Assembly: GCA_963734545.1 (NCBI GenBank)
Contig: CAVTHO010000007.1
Location: 416,001 to 480,000 of the forward strand
Source of the DNA: an uncultured Spirochaetota bacterium
Lineage (GTDB): Bacteria > Spirochaetota > Spirochaetia > SZUA-6 > Fen-1364
Direction: 5' to 3'
DNA: 64,000 bases
Positions 41,513 through 49,389 of the stretch are shown piece after piece; within the stretch, counting starts at the first letter, position 1, and every line of letters begins with the position of its first letter. The notes beneath the pieces were generated by a model. That model did no database searches. It worked only from the letters and a program-made list of their open reading frames with translations, and was not told the DNA's origin. A program made the translations under genes and the position numbers.

Positions 41513-43227
41513 AGAGTTCCATCGTGACAAAGCTCATCGGCGGTACCGTGCTCCTGGTCGTCACAATCGCCCTCCTTGCCCTGTGCCTTGCCGCAGGGAT
41601 CGTGGCCGACACCACCGTGACAAACGATGCGCGCTCGCTCGCCTCCGTGGCGGAAAAGCTGCAGATCATCGAGCTTCGGGCCCGCGCGCTCTCTCCAAGC
41701 CCGGATCCGATATCGGTACGCACCGCGCTCGAGGAAGTCCGCGCGGCCAACCAGGAGCTGCTGCGGCTGCTGGACGCCCGGCCCCCCTCGCCCGTCGACA
41801 TGTATATCTACCCGCCGGAAGTGCTCACCGCCACGCGCGGGATCGACGAGTCGCTGCATGGTGGCTGGCAGGCGGAACTGGTGAGGTTCACGGATTCCCT
41901 TGCACGACTTGCCGAGGGCACGGAAGCGCCTGCGCGTCTCGACTCGCTCTCACCCGCTTTCATCGATGTCACGGAGAGAGCTGCCCGTGCCGTGCGGGAC
42001 AACGTCGCCCGGATCTACGACGCGCGGCGGAACATCGCCCGGTCGTTCCTTGCGCTTTTTGCCCTGCTGTCAGCGGTGGGCATCCTGTCGGCCTTTGCCT
42101 ACTCGCTCGCCACCCTGCTGCGATTGCGAAAAGATTTCACCCGTCTGATCACGTTCGGCCGCCGGATCTCGGAGGGCGACTTCTCTGCCCGGCCCGGCAT
42201 CGAGCGCAATGACGAGATCGGCGAGCTCGCGGCTCAACTGCGGAACATGAGCTCACTGGAGAGCTCCGTCGTCGCCCTTCGTTCCCTGGGGGACAGGCTG
42301 GCAACGGAAAGCTCGCGGCTGGCGGAAGGCATTGCCGGCACGGTCGCGTCGGTGAACAGCCAGACGCAGCTCATGGAACAGACGAACAGCGGGTTCGAGG
42401 GCATCGTCGGCGCGGTACGCAAAATGGCACAGAACGCCTCGGTGAGCCTCGAGACAGCCCAGGAGGGCGGCCGGGCGGTGGAGAAGTCGCTGGAGAAGAT
42501 CACGCGCGGCATGGAGGCGACCCGCTTCCTGGAGGAACGGACCGCGCGCATCGAGGAAGTCGTGTCGCTGATCGGCGATGTTGCGGATCAGACGGAGCTG
42601 CTGTCGCTGAATGCCGCCATAGAAGCCGCGCGCGCGGGGGAGGCGGGCAGGGGTTTCACCGTCGTCGCCCAGCAGGTGCGAAAGCTCGCGGACAGGAGCG
42701 CGCGCGCCGCCTCCGAGATCGCGGACCTCGTGCAGGCGGTGCTCGACGCCGTGCGGAGGATTGCGGCGGACGCGAAGGAGTCCTTCGCGGTGAGCGACTC
42801 CCTGAAGGGCATCCTCGCCAGGATTTCCGCCACCATCCAGTCCATAACCGATCTGGCCCGAGCCGCCACCGAAGGCGTCGGTCAGGCGGATTCCACCCTC
42901 GGCAGCATGGTCGGATTGTCATCCGACACGTCAGGTCTCGCTGCCGAGCTCTCCGGCTCCAGCAAGACACTTGGCGAGATCGTCCACCAGATGGAAGAGC
43001 TCATCAAAGGGCTGTCGCATGGAGAGAAGCGCGCGGAAGCCGCGGCACCTTCGGAGGCTCCGCCGGCGACCCTCCCGCCATTGCCTGACGCGCCCGCACG
43101 TGCTCCCCTCACTTCGGACCTGAAAGGGATGCTGCCGGAGGAGACGCCGTCTTCGCTCACACGCGGGATGGCGCAGGAGGGCCTCGAGGCCGAGGAAATA
43201 GAGGAATTGGAATCCGCTGAGGATTGA
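41509..43227 (+). CDS. Methyl-accepting chemotaxis protein
   Basis: Two TMs, HAMP (RNDEIGELA), [23 protein letters not shown]. Confidence 0.9.
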   Translation: MKSSIVTKLIGGTVLLVVTIALLALCLAAGIVADTTVTNDARSLASVAEKLQIIELRARALSPSPDPISVRTALEEVRAANQELLRLLDARPPSPVDMYIYPPEVLTATRGIDESLHGGWQAELVRFTDSLARLAEGTEAPARLDSLSPAFIDVTERAARAVRDNVARIYDARRNIARSFLALFALLSAVGILSAFAYSLATLLRLRKDFTRLITFGRRISEGDFSARPGIERNDEIGELAAQLRNMSSLESSVVALRSLGDRLATESSRLAEGIAGTVASVNSQTQLMEQTNSGFEGIVGAVRKMAQNASVSLETAQEGGRAVEKSLEKITRGMEATRFLEERTARIEEVVSLIGDVADQTELLSLNAAIEAARAGEAGRGFTVVAQQVRKLADRSARAASEIADLVQAVLDAVRRIAADAKESFAVSDSLKGILARISATIQSITDLARAATEGVGQADSTLGSMVGLSSDTSGLAAELSGSSKTLGEIVHQMEELIKGLSHGEKRAEAAAPSEAPPATLPPLPDAPARAPLTSDLKGMLPEETPSSLTRGMAQEGLEAEEIEELESAED

Positions 43228-43289
43228 TGGAGCGAGCGCGAATCCCGCCGACCTCGCCGACCGCGTCGGGAGCGCGAGAAAGCGAGGCC

Positions 43290-44382
43290 TTACCTGCTCT
43301 CGATACTGGCGGAGAGCGACTTTCTTTTCTGGTTCATGGAATGCAGCACGGCGTAGGCGAGCGCGGCAGTTGCCCACACGGCTGCCAGCAGCAGTGCCGC
43401 TTGTCCTCGCCGCAGGAATAAGGACACCACCGCAGCTATCCCCGCGTACGCGCACCAGCCGTAGAGGATCAGGAGTATCGTCGTTTCATTGAGCCCGAGC
43501 GCCAGGAGCTTGTGGTGGATATGGTCTCTGTCGGGTTTGTAGATCGGCCGCCGTGCCCTTACCCTCCGGGCAATTGCGGCGATCGTATCGATGATGGGGA
43601 TGAGCAGGACGGTGGCAGGAGCGAACAGATCGACGATGGATGTGCTCCCTGCGCCGCCCATGAGAGGGATCACAGCCAGGACGAACCCCAGGAGGAGACT
43701 CCCCGAGTCCCCCATGAATATGCGGGCCGGCGGCAGGTTGAATGCGAGGAAGCCGAGGACCGCGCCGAGAAGCGAGAATGCAACGAGGGCCGGCATGACC
43801 TGCCCCTGCAGAAGGCACATGACCCCGAGCGAGAGAGCGGAGAAGCCCGTGATCCCCCCCGCCAGCCCGTCGATCCCGTCCACCAGGTTGATGGCGTTGC
43901 TTATTGTGACGATCCAGAGCGCCGTGACCGGGTAGGCGAATATGCCCAGGGAGAGCTCCGGCAGGCCGGGGATCCGGATGACGGAAATGGTGAAACCACC
44001 CACGGTGACCAGGACAGCGGCAGCGATCTGGAGAGAGAACTTGAGCTCCGCGCGCAGGTTGTGGAAATCGTCCACGAGACCCAGCACGAAGATCAGGCAG
44101 AACGCCGAGAAGACCGGGCAGGTACCGGACGCTGTAGCTCACCGGCCATGAATCGGGAAACAGAGCGGGGAGGACCAGGGGCACTGCCACCGAAGATATC
44201 ACCAGCCCGAAAAAGAGCCCGATCCCGCCGAGGCGAGGGATGGGGTCAGTATGGATCTTGCGTTCATTGGGAATATCGAACCATCGCCTCTGGTGGGCAA
44301 CGAGAATCACCAGAGGCATCATCACTATGCTGATTATGAGTGCCAGTGCACCGGCGGCCGCCAGGGCGCTTGCCGTTTCCAT
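43290..44382 (-). CDS. WecA/TagO (MraY-family) undecaprenyl-phosphate GlcNAc-1-P transferase; apparent frameshift ~44115
   Basis: RKIHTDPIPRLGG; GLVDD, NAINLVDGIDGLA, FMGDSGS, DRDHIHH. Confidence 0.88.
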
Positions 44383-44416
44383 ACGGGCCAGAGGATAGGG
44401 CGTATCGGAGCCCGTG

Positions 44417-44854
44417 TCAACTCGAAGGCCCCTCCTGGCGAGACCTGATTCGTTCGTATGACTGGTTTATCCTTTTCGTGATATCCAGCGCGATTTGCTG
44501 CTTCTCCGGATCCCCGGAATGCTTGTCAGGATGGTATTTCAGCATGAGGCTCTTGTACGATTTCACCACCGTCGCCATGTCGGCACCGAAGGGTACCTCG
44601 AGGTTTGCGTAGTCGGCGCGCAGCGATTCGTCCACCGGACGAGGCGGCCGCGTGGACTCCCTCTCCCGGCTCCCGCGGCCCGCCTCATGCGTGCCCTCCC
44701 GCATGTAGTCGTCCAGCTCTTCCCATGCGCTTTGCATGTCTGGGTCGCGAAATCGCGTCTCGTCACCGCCCCGTGACCGTCCGCCCGCGGTCCGCCCGTC
44801 GTCCGAAAACAGCGAGCGGAGGAACTCCGCAAGCCTGTCGATGAATCCCTCCAC
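44417..44854 (-). CDS. Protein with a C-terminal J domain
   Basis: YANLEV...YKSLMLKYHPDK...INQSYERI; GTG start just after the dapF stop. Confidence 0.85.
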   Translation of the reverse strand: MEGFIDRLAEFLRSLFSDDGRTAGGRSRGGDETRFRDPDMQSAWEELDDYMREGTHEAGRGSRERESTRPPRPVDESLRADYANLEVPFGADMATVVKSYKSLMLKYHPDKHSGDPEKQQIALDITKRINQSYERIRSRQEGPSS

Positions 44855-44859
44855 GCGTG

Positions 44860-45711
44860 TTACTCCGTCGTGCCCTCTGCGAAATCGTATGTTCCCGTGA
44901 ACACGTATCCCGCAGGGCCTGTCAGCCAGATGTGATTGTCGGACTCCTCCCACTGGAGAAAGACGTCGCCGCCCTTGAGGTGGACAAAGACCTCGCGGTC
45001 CGTGAATCCATTCACCACCGATGCCACGAGGGCGGCCGCGGCACAGGCGCACTCGTCTCCCGGGGAGCTCTCGTCCCCTTCCCAGACCCTCATCCGCGCT
45101 TCCTCCCGGGAGAACACCTGCACGAAGCCTATCCCGGTGCCTTCGGGAAAGTCCGGCTGCGCCGCGATCGTGCGCGCCGTCTTTCTCAGGGGAAAGGAGA
45201 AATCGGGAACAAAGAGCATCGCGTAGGGCCGGCCGAGGGAGATCGGGGTGTACGATACCGTCCGTCCTTCCACGAGGATGCTGCGCGTGAAGGAATCCTT
45301 GTTGCTCTCCCGGATCTCCTGCTGCGTCTGGCGGCTGAATGGAAGCCCCATATCGACGCGTACATTGGCGCTGTCTATGATCTGCACGCGCAGCCTTCCC
45401 GCCGGCGTACCGATCATGAAATCACTGGTCTTCACCGCGCCGGAATCCGTGGCATAGCGCGCGGCGCAGCGGGTGGCGTTGCAGGAAATGCCGGTCTCAT
45501 TGCCGTCCGGATCGAATGAGCGGACGGAAAGATCCGCGTCATCCGAAGTCCCGAGCAGGACAAGCGCATTGCCGCCGACGCCAAAGCTGCGGTCCAGGCT
45601 GCGCCGCGCGAGCAGCGGGAACTGCGTGTGCGCCTCCAGGGGGACGCGCGCGGCATCAACGATGAGCACGTCATCACCGCAGCCCTGCATCTTAAGGAAC
45701 GCGATTTCCAT
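44860..45711 (-). CDS. dapF: Diaminopimelate epimerase-like protein with a degenerate active site
   Basis: FLKMQGCG, DRSFGVGG, VRVDMG, FPEG, LTGPA..VF.G; MCGNG and ACGTG motifs are not conserved. Confidence 0.75.
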   Translation of the reverse strand: MEIAFLKMQGCGDDVLIVDAARVPLEAHTQFPLLARRSLDRSFGVGGNALVLLGTSDDADLSVRSFDPDGNETGISCNATRCAARYATDSGAVKTSDFMIGTPAGRLRVQIIDSANVRVDMGLPFSRQTQQEIRESNKDSFTRSILVEGRTVSYTPISLGRPYAMLFVPDFSFPLRKTARTIAAQPDFPEGTGIGFVQVFSREEARMRVWEGDESSPGDECACAAAALVASVVNGFTDREVFVHLKGGDVFLQWEESDNHIWLTGPAGYVFTGTYDFAEGTTE

Positions 45712-45754
45712 TCGATACGACGCTACCCCGTGCGCCGAGAGAGTGCAAGGCCTA

Positions 45755-46089
45755 GCCATGGATGGCGAGGGCCGACGAGCACATGGATGTGCGCAAGGAG
45801 GCCCCTTGGCCCTTCCGCGGTACTCCGCGGAGTTGGATGGCGAGGGCCGACGAGCACATGGATGTGCGCAAGGAGGCCCCTTGGCCCTTCCGCGGTACTC
45901 CGCGGAGTTGGATGGCTACCGCGCCAAAATGACGCGCAAACTCCGCCAACTCTGCCAGGAGCAGAAGGGAGCGGAAGGCGCGTCGGGCGCGGTAAGAGGG
46001 CCGACGAGCACAGGGATGCCCAGGGCGGCAGGCGTTTGCAGCGCAAACGCCGAGAGCCTGCGAAAGGAGGCCCCTTAGCCCTTCCGCGG
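45755..46089 (+). repeat. Structured non-coding repeat cluster: two exact 75-bp tandem units, a long hairpin and one expanded third unit
   Basis: 45759-45833 = 45834-45908, plus partial 45909-45916; arms TACCGCGCC (45917-45925) and GGCGCGGTA (45986-45994); third unit 45996-46089. Confidence 0.92.
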
Positions 46090-46094
46090 AAGCT

Positions 46095-47435
46095 CTACTC
46101 CCGGAAGAACTCCTCGTGAAGACTGCGGACGGATTCATCCGTGGACTCCACGGGCACGACCAGGGAGAGATTGATGTCCGAGGCACCGAGGCAGATCATG
46201 CGCACCGGCGTGCTCTTGAGGCAGGAGAAGACCCTGGCGAGAAAAACGGTGTCCTTCCAGAGGTCCTGTCCGACCAGGCAGATGATGCTTTTCTCCGCCT
46301 CGACGCCCACCGTCCCGATCTCCGAGAGGTCGCGCGCAATGCTGTTGACCGCCGCGGGATTGTCGATCGTGACCGACACGGACACCTCCGACGTGGCGAT
46401 CAGGTCCACCGGAGTCAGGTACTTCTCGAATATCTCGAATATCCTGCGCAGGAACCCGTACGCCAGGAGCATCCGCGAAGAGCTGATGCTGACCAGCGTG
46501 ATGCCCTTTTTGCACGCGATTGCCTTCAAGCCGTTCGCGGGGATGCTGGAGACGATCTTTGTGCCCGCGTCGTCGGGCCGGAAGGTGTTCTTCACCCAGA
46601 CGGGGATTCCGAGATTTATCGCAGGCTGGATGGTGGAGGGATGAATGACCTTGGCCCCGAAGTACGCAAGCTCAGCCGCTTCACGATAGCTGATCTGATC
46701 TATGGTTCGTGCGCTTTTGACTATCCGCGGGTCCGAGGTCATGATGCCGGTCACATCCGTCCAGATCTGGACCTCTTCCGCACGCAGGGCGGCCCCCACG
46801 ATTGTGGCCGTGTAGTCGGAGCCGCCGCGGCCCAGCGTGGTGGTGGCGCCGCCGGAGGTGGAGGCAATGAACCCCTGCATGATCGCCAGGGTCCCCGGCT
46901 GAGGCCGGACCCGGGAAGAAATGAGCCGGTTGGTCAGGTCCTCGATGGGGACGGCAGAAGTGAAGTTGTCGTCCGTTTTCACGAGCTCGCGGGAATCGAA
47001 GAGCTCCACCTGCATGCCGCGCTCCCGGGCGCGGTGGAGGAGGACGATCGTGGAAAGCCTTTCACCGAAAGAGAGGATTGCATCGTTGCTGCGTTTCGAC
47101 CACTCCTTGAGCATTGCCAGGGCCTTGATGAACGCGCGCAGCTCGCCGCAGACGCCATTCAGGTCCGCCTCGCAGCGCGCGAGGTTCGCTCCGGAGAGGA
47201 AAGCGCGTGCGCAGGCAAGGTGGCGCTCCAGGACAGCGGAGAGTATGGCCTCCGCCTCCGCCTCGCTGCCGGCCCCCACGAGCTTCGCAATCTCCTGGAG
47301 CTGGTCGGTGACCCTGGCCATGGCGGAGGCCACGAGCACGGGGGCCCTGTCGATCTGCCGCTCCACGATCGCGAGCGTCGCGTCCATCATCTCCGCGTTC
47401 TGAACGGATGTGCCGCCGAATTTCAAAACGATCAT
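46095..47435 (-). CDS. lysC: Aspartate kinase (lysine-sensitive AKIII type)
   Basis: VLKFGGTSV, GERLS, TTLGRGGSDYTA, WTDVTG, ELAYFGAKVIHP, two ACT domains. Confidence 0.94.
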   Translation of the reverse strand: MIVLKFGGTSVQNAEMMDATLAIVERQIDRAPVLVASAMARVTDQLQEIAKLVGAGSEAEAEAILSAVLERHLACARAFLSGANLARCEADLNGVCGELRAFIKALAMLKEWSKRSNDAILSFGERLSTIVLLHRARERGMQVELFDSRELVKTDDNFTSAVPIEDLTNRLISSRVRPQPGTLAIMQGFIASTSGGATTTLGRGGSDYTATIVGAALRAEEVQIWTDVTGIMTSDPRIVKSARTIDQISYREAAELAYFGAKVIHPSTIQPAINLGIPVWVKNTFRPDDAGTKIVSSIPANGLKAIACKKGITLVSISSSRMLLAYGFLRRIFEIFEKYLTPVDLIATSEVSVSVTIDNPAAVNSIARDLSEIGTVGVEAEKSIICLVGQDLWKDTVFLARVFSCLKSTPVRMICLGASDINLSLVVPVESTDESVRSLHEEFFRE

Positions 47436-47585
47436 TAATTGGCTTGTCCTTTCTTCAGCTCGTCCTCGTTGATCCACGACAGCTACCACATACGCGCTGT
47501 TGTGTCAATAATTTCCATTCGAAACGTGCATAAACTTGCACCCGTATTGCTATTTTCCCGCTGTCCCGCATAATCGGTCGTGCAC

Positions 47586-48557
47586 ATGGAAATTACGATC
47601 ATGGGCCCGGGGGCTGTCGGCACTCTCATTGGCGGCCTGCTCGGGATCAGCGGACACAAGGTGACTTTTCTCGGGAGGAGGCCGGCTCCGAATCCTGGTC
47701 TGCCCGTCCGCGTTGTTCTTCCTCGGCAGTGGCTTCTGGCTGAAGGCCTGCAACATGCCGGGCCCGGGGAGCCGGGCGGCGCCAGCGACGCGTATCTCAT
47801 GACCATGGGAAGGCATCACCTGCATGCTGCGCGCAGGCCGGACGTTATCCGCCTGATCGGGGAAGGGGACGCGCCCGTCGCTTTCTTCAACTGCGAGCCT
47901 TCAGAGCCGATCAGGCTTGCCGTGCCGGGTGACCGGGTGCGGCTCTGCCTGACCCTGATGAATGCGGTCAAGCTGCAGACGGCCGATGTCGAGCTTATGA
48001 CGGAAAGGCCCGCGATCGTGTTCGAGCGTTCCCCGGTTCTCGCGCGGCTTTTTCGGGGGCTCGCCGATTTCGGGTTCCAGGTTCTTGCGGTGGACGATGC
48101 GAGGCCGTTCCTGAACTCGCTCCTCGTCGCCCAGCTTCTCTTTCTGCCGGTTGCGATGTGCAATACGACGCCGAACGGCTTCCTTTCTTCTCCCAAGGGC
48201 AGGGAGCTCGCCTCGAGCCTCCTCTCGGAAGGGTTTGCCGCCATGGAGCGCGCCGACATGCCCCTTGCTCCCCTGCCGCTCATGGACCCCCGCGAGTTGG
48301 CCGCCCGGCTGGAGAGAAAGCCAGGCTCCTTCGAATCGGTCCCCCCGTCGCCGGACCGGGAATACAACAGCGTGCTACAGTCTCTCCTGCGGGGCAGGCC
48401 CACCGAGGCGGCCCAGCTCAACAAGCGCATGGTGGAGATCGCTTCTTCCGCGGGCCTGCACCTCACCTGGAACTGGCGCATACTCCAGAAGGCGAGCCGG
48501 GTGACGAGCATCGGCTTCTACCGCGATCCCGCTGAGCTTCTGCGGTCCCTGGCATAG
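47586..48557 (+). CDS. Ketopantoate reductase (PanE/ApbA)-like protein, divergent
   Basis: ITIMGPGAVG Rossmann motif; SVLQSLLRGRPTE..LN C-terminal motif. Confidence 0.65.
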   Translation: MEITIMGPGAVGTLIGGLLGISGHKVTFLGRRPAPNPGLPVRVVLPRQWLLAEGLQHAGPGEPGGASDAYLMTMGRHHLHAARRPDVIRLIGEGDAPVAFFNCEPSEPIRLAVPGDRVRLCLTLMNAVKLQTADVELMTERPAIVFERSPVLARLFRGLADFGFQVLAVDDARPFLNSLLVAQLLFLPVAMCNTTPNGFLSSPKGRELASSLLSEGFAAMERADMPLAPLPLMDPRELAARLERKPGSFESVPPSPDREYNSVLQSLLRGRPTEAAQLNKRMVEIASSAGLHLTWNWRILQKASRVTSIGFYRDPAELLRSLA

Positions 48558-48570
48558 GAAGGAGAAGAAC

Positions 48571-49389
48571 ATGGAACCCGGATTTGCCCGGAAACTCGAG
48601 GACGCCTGGTCTGCCTTGTCCGCGCACCATGCCCGCACGCCGTCAATCGGCGTCATCCTCGGCTCCGGGCTCGGAGCGTTCGCCGCACAGGCAGGCGGCG
48701 TCGAGGTGCCTTTTTCAGCCATTCCCGGCTTCCCGCGGCCCACGGTGGCCGGGCACGCGGGACGTCTCAAGCTGGGCAGGACCGTGGCCGTCATGGCGGG
48801 ACGCGTCCACTACTACGAAGGCCACCCCATCGACGACGTGGTGCTCCCTGTCTTCCTTCTTCACCGCTTCGGCGTGCGGACGCTGATCGTCACGAACGCG
48901 TCGGGAGGCGTCAACAGGGCCTACGCTCCCGGCGATCTCGTGCTGATCAGCGATCATGTGAACCTCATGGGCGTGAATCCGCTGCGGGGGCCCTCCCTCG
49001 ACATCGGGCCGAGATTTCCCGACATGACCGCAGCCTACGACCCGGCCCTTCGCTCTCTCGCGCGCACGGCATCGGGTCAGGCGCTCCAGGAAGGAGTGTA
49101 TGCGGCGTTTGCGGGGCCCTCGTATGAGACGCCGGCCGAGATCCGCATGCTCGCTGCCATTGGTGTCGACCTCGTGGGAATGTCCACGGTGCCTGAGGTG
49201 ATAGCAGCCTCGTACCTCGGCATGCGGGTGCTGGGCGTCTCCTGTGTCACCAACGCGGCGGCGGGGATCCTTCCCCAGCCGCTGGATCATGCCGAGGTGA
49301 TCGCCCGCGGCAAGGAAGCGGCCCCCCGTTTCATCAGGCTCCTGGAGGAGACAATCGGACGCCTCGGGGGGAGCCTCGGTGAGGGCTGA
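48571..49389 (+). CDS. punA: Purine-nucleoside phosphorylase (trimeric PNP family)
   Basis: ILGSGLG, GHAG, GRVHYYEG, TNASGG, GPSYETPAE, VGMSTVPE. Confidence 0.93.
   Translation: MEPGFARKLEDAWSALSAHHARTPSIGVILGSGLGAFAAQAGGVEVPFSAIPGFPRPTVAGHAGRLKLGRTVAVMAGRVHYYEGHPIDDVVLPVFLLHRFGVRTLIVTNASGGVNRAYAPGDLVLISDHVNLMGVNPLRGPSLDIGPRFPDMTAAYDPALRSLARTASGQALQEGVYAAFAGPSYETPAEIRMLAAIGVDLVGMSTVPEVIAASYLGMRVLGVSCVTNAAAGILPQPLDHAEVIARGKEAAPRFIRLLEETIGRLGGSLGEG

Noticed and set aside
45759-45916. CRISPR array
   Set aside because: The 75-bp units are identical throughout, with no unique spacers and no cas genes in the window.
45628-46186. Repeat-containing ORFs across the lysC-dapF spacer
   Set aside because: They are translations of the GC-rich palindromic repeat, have no recognisable domain, and overlap real genes.
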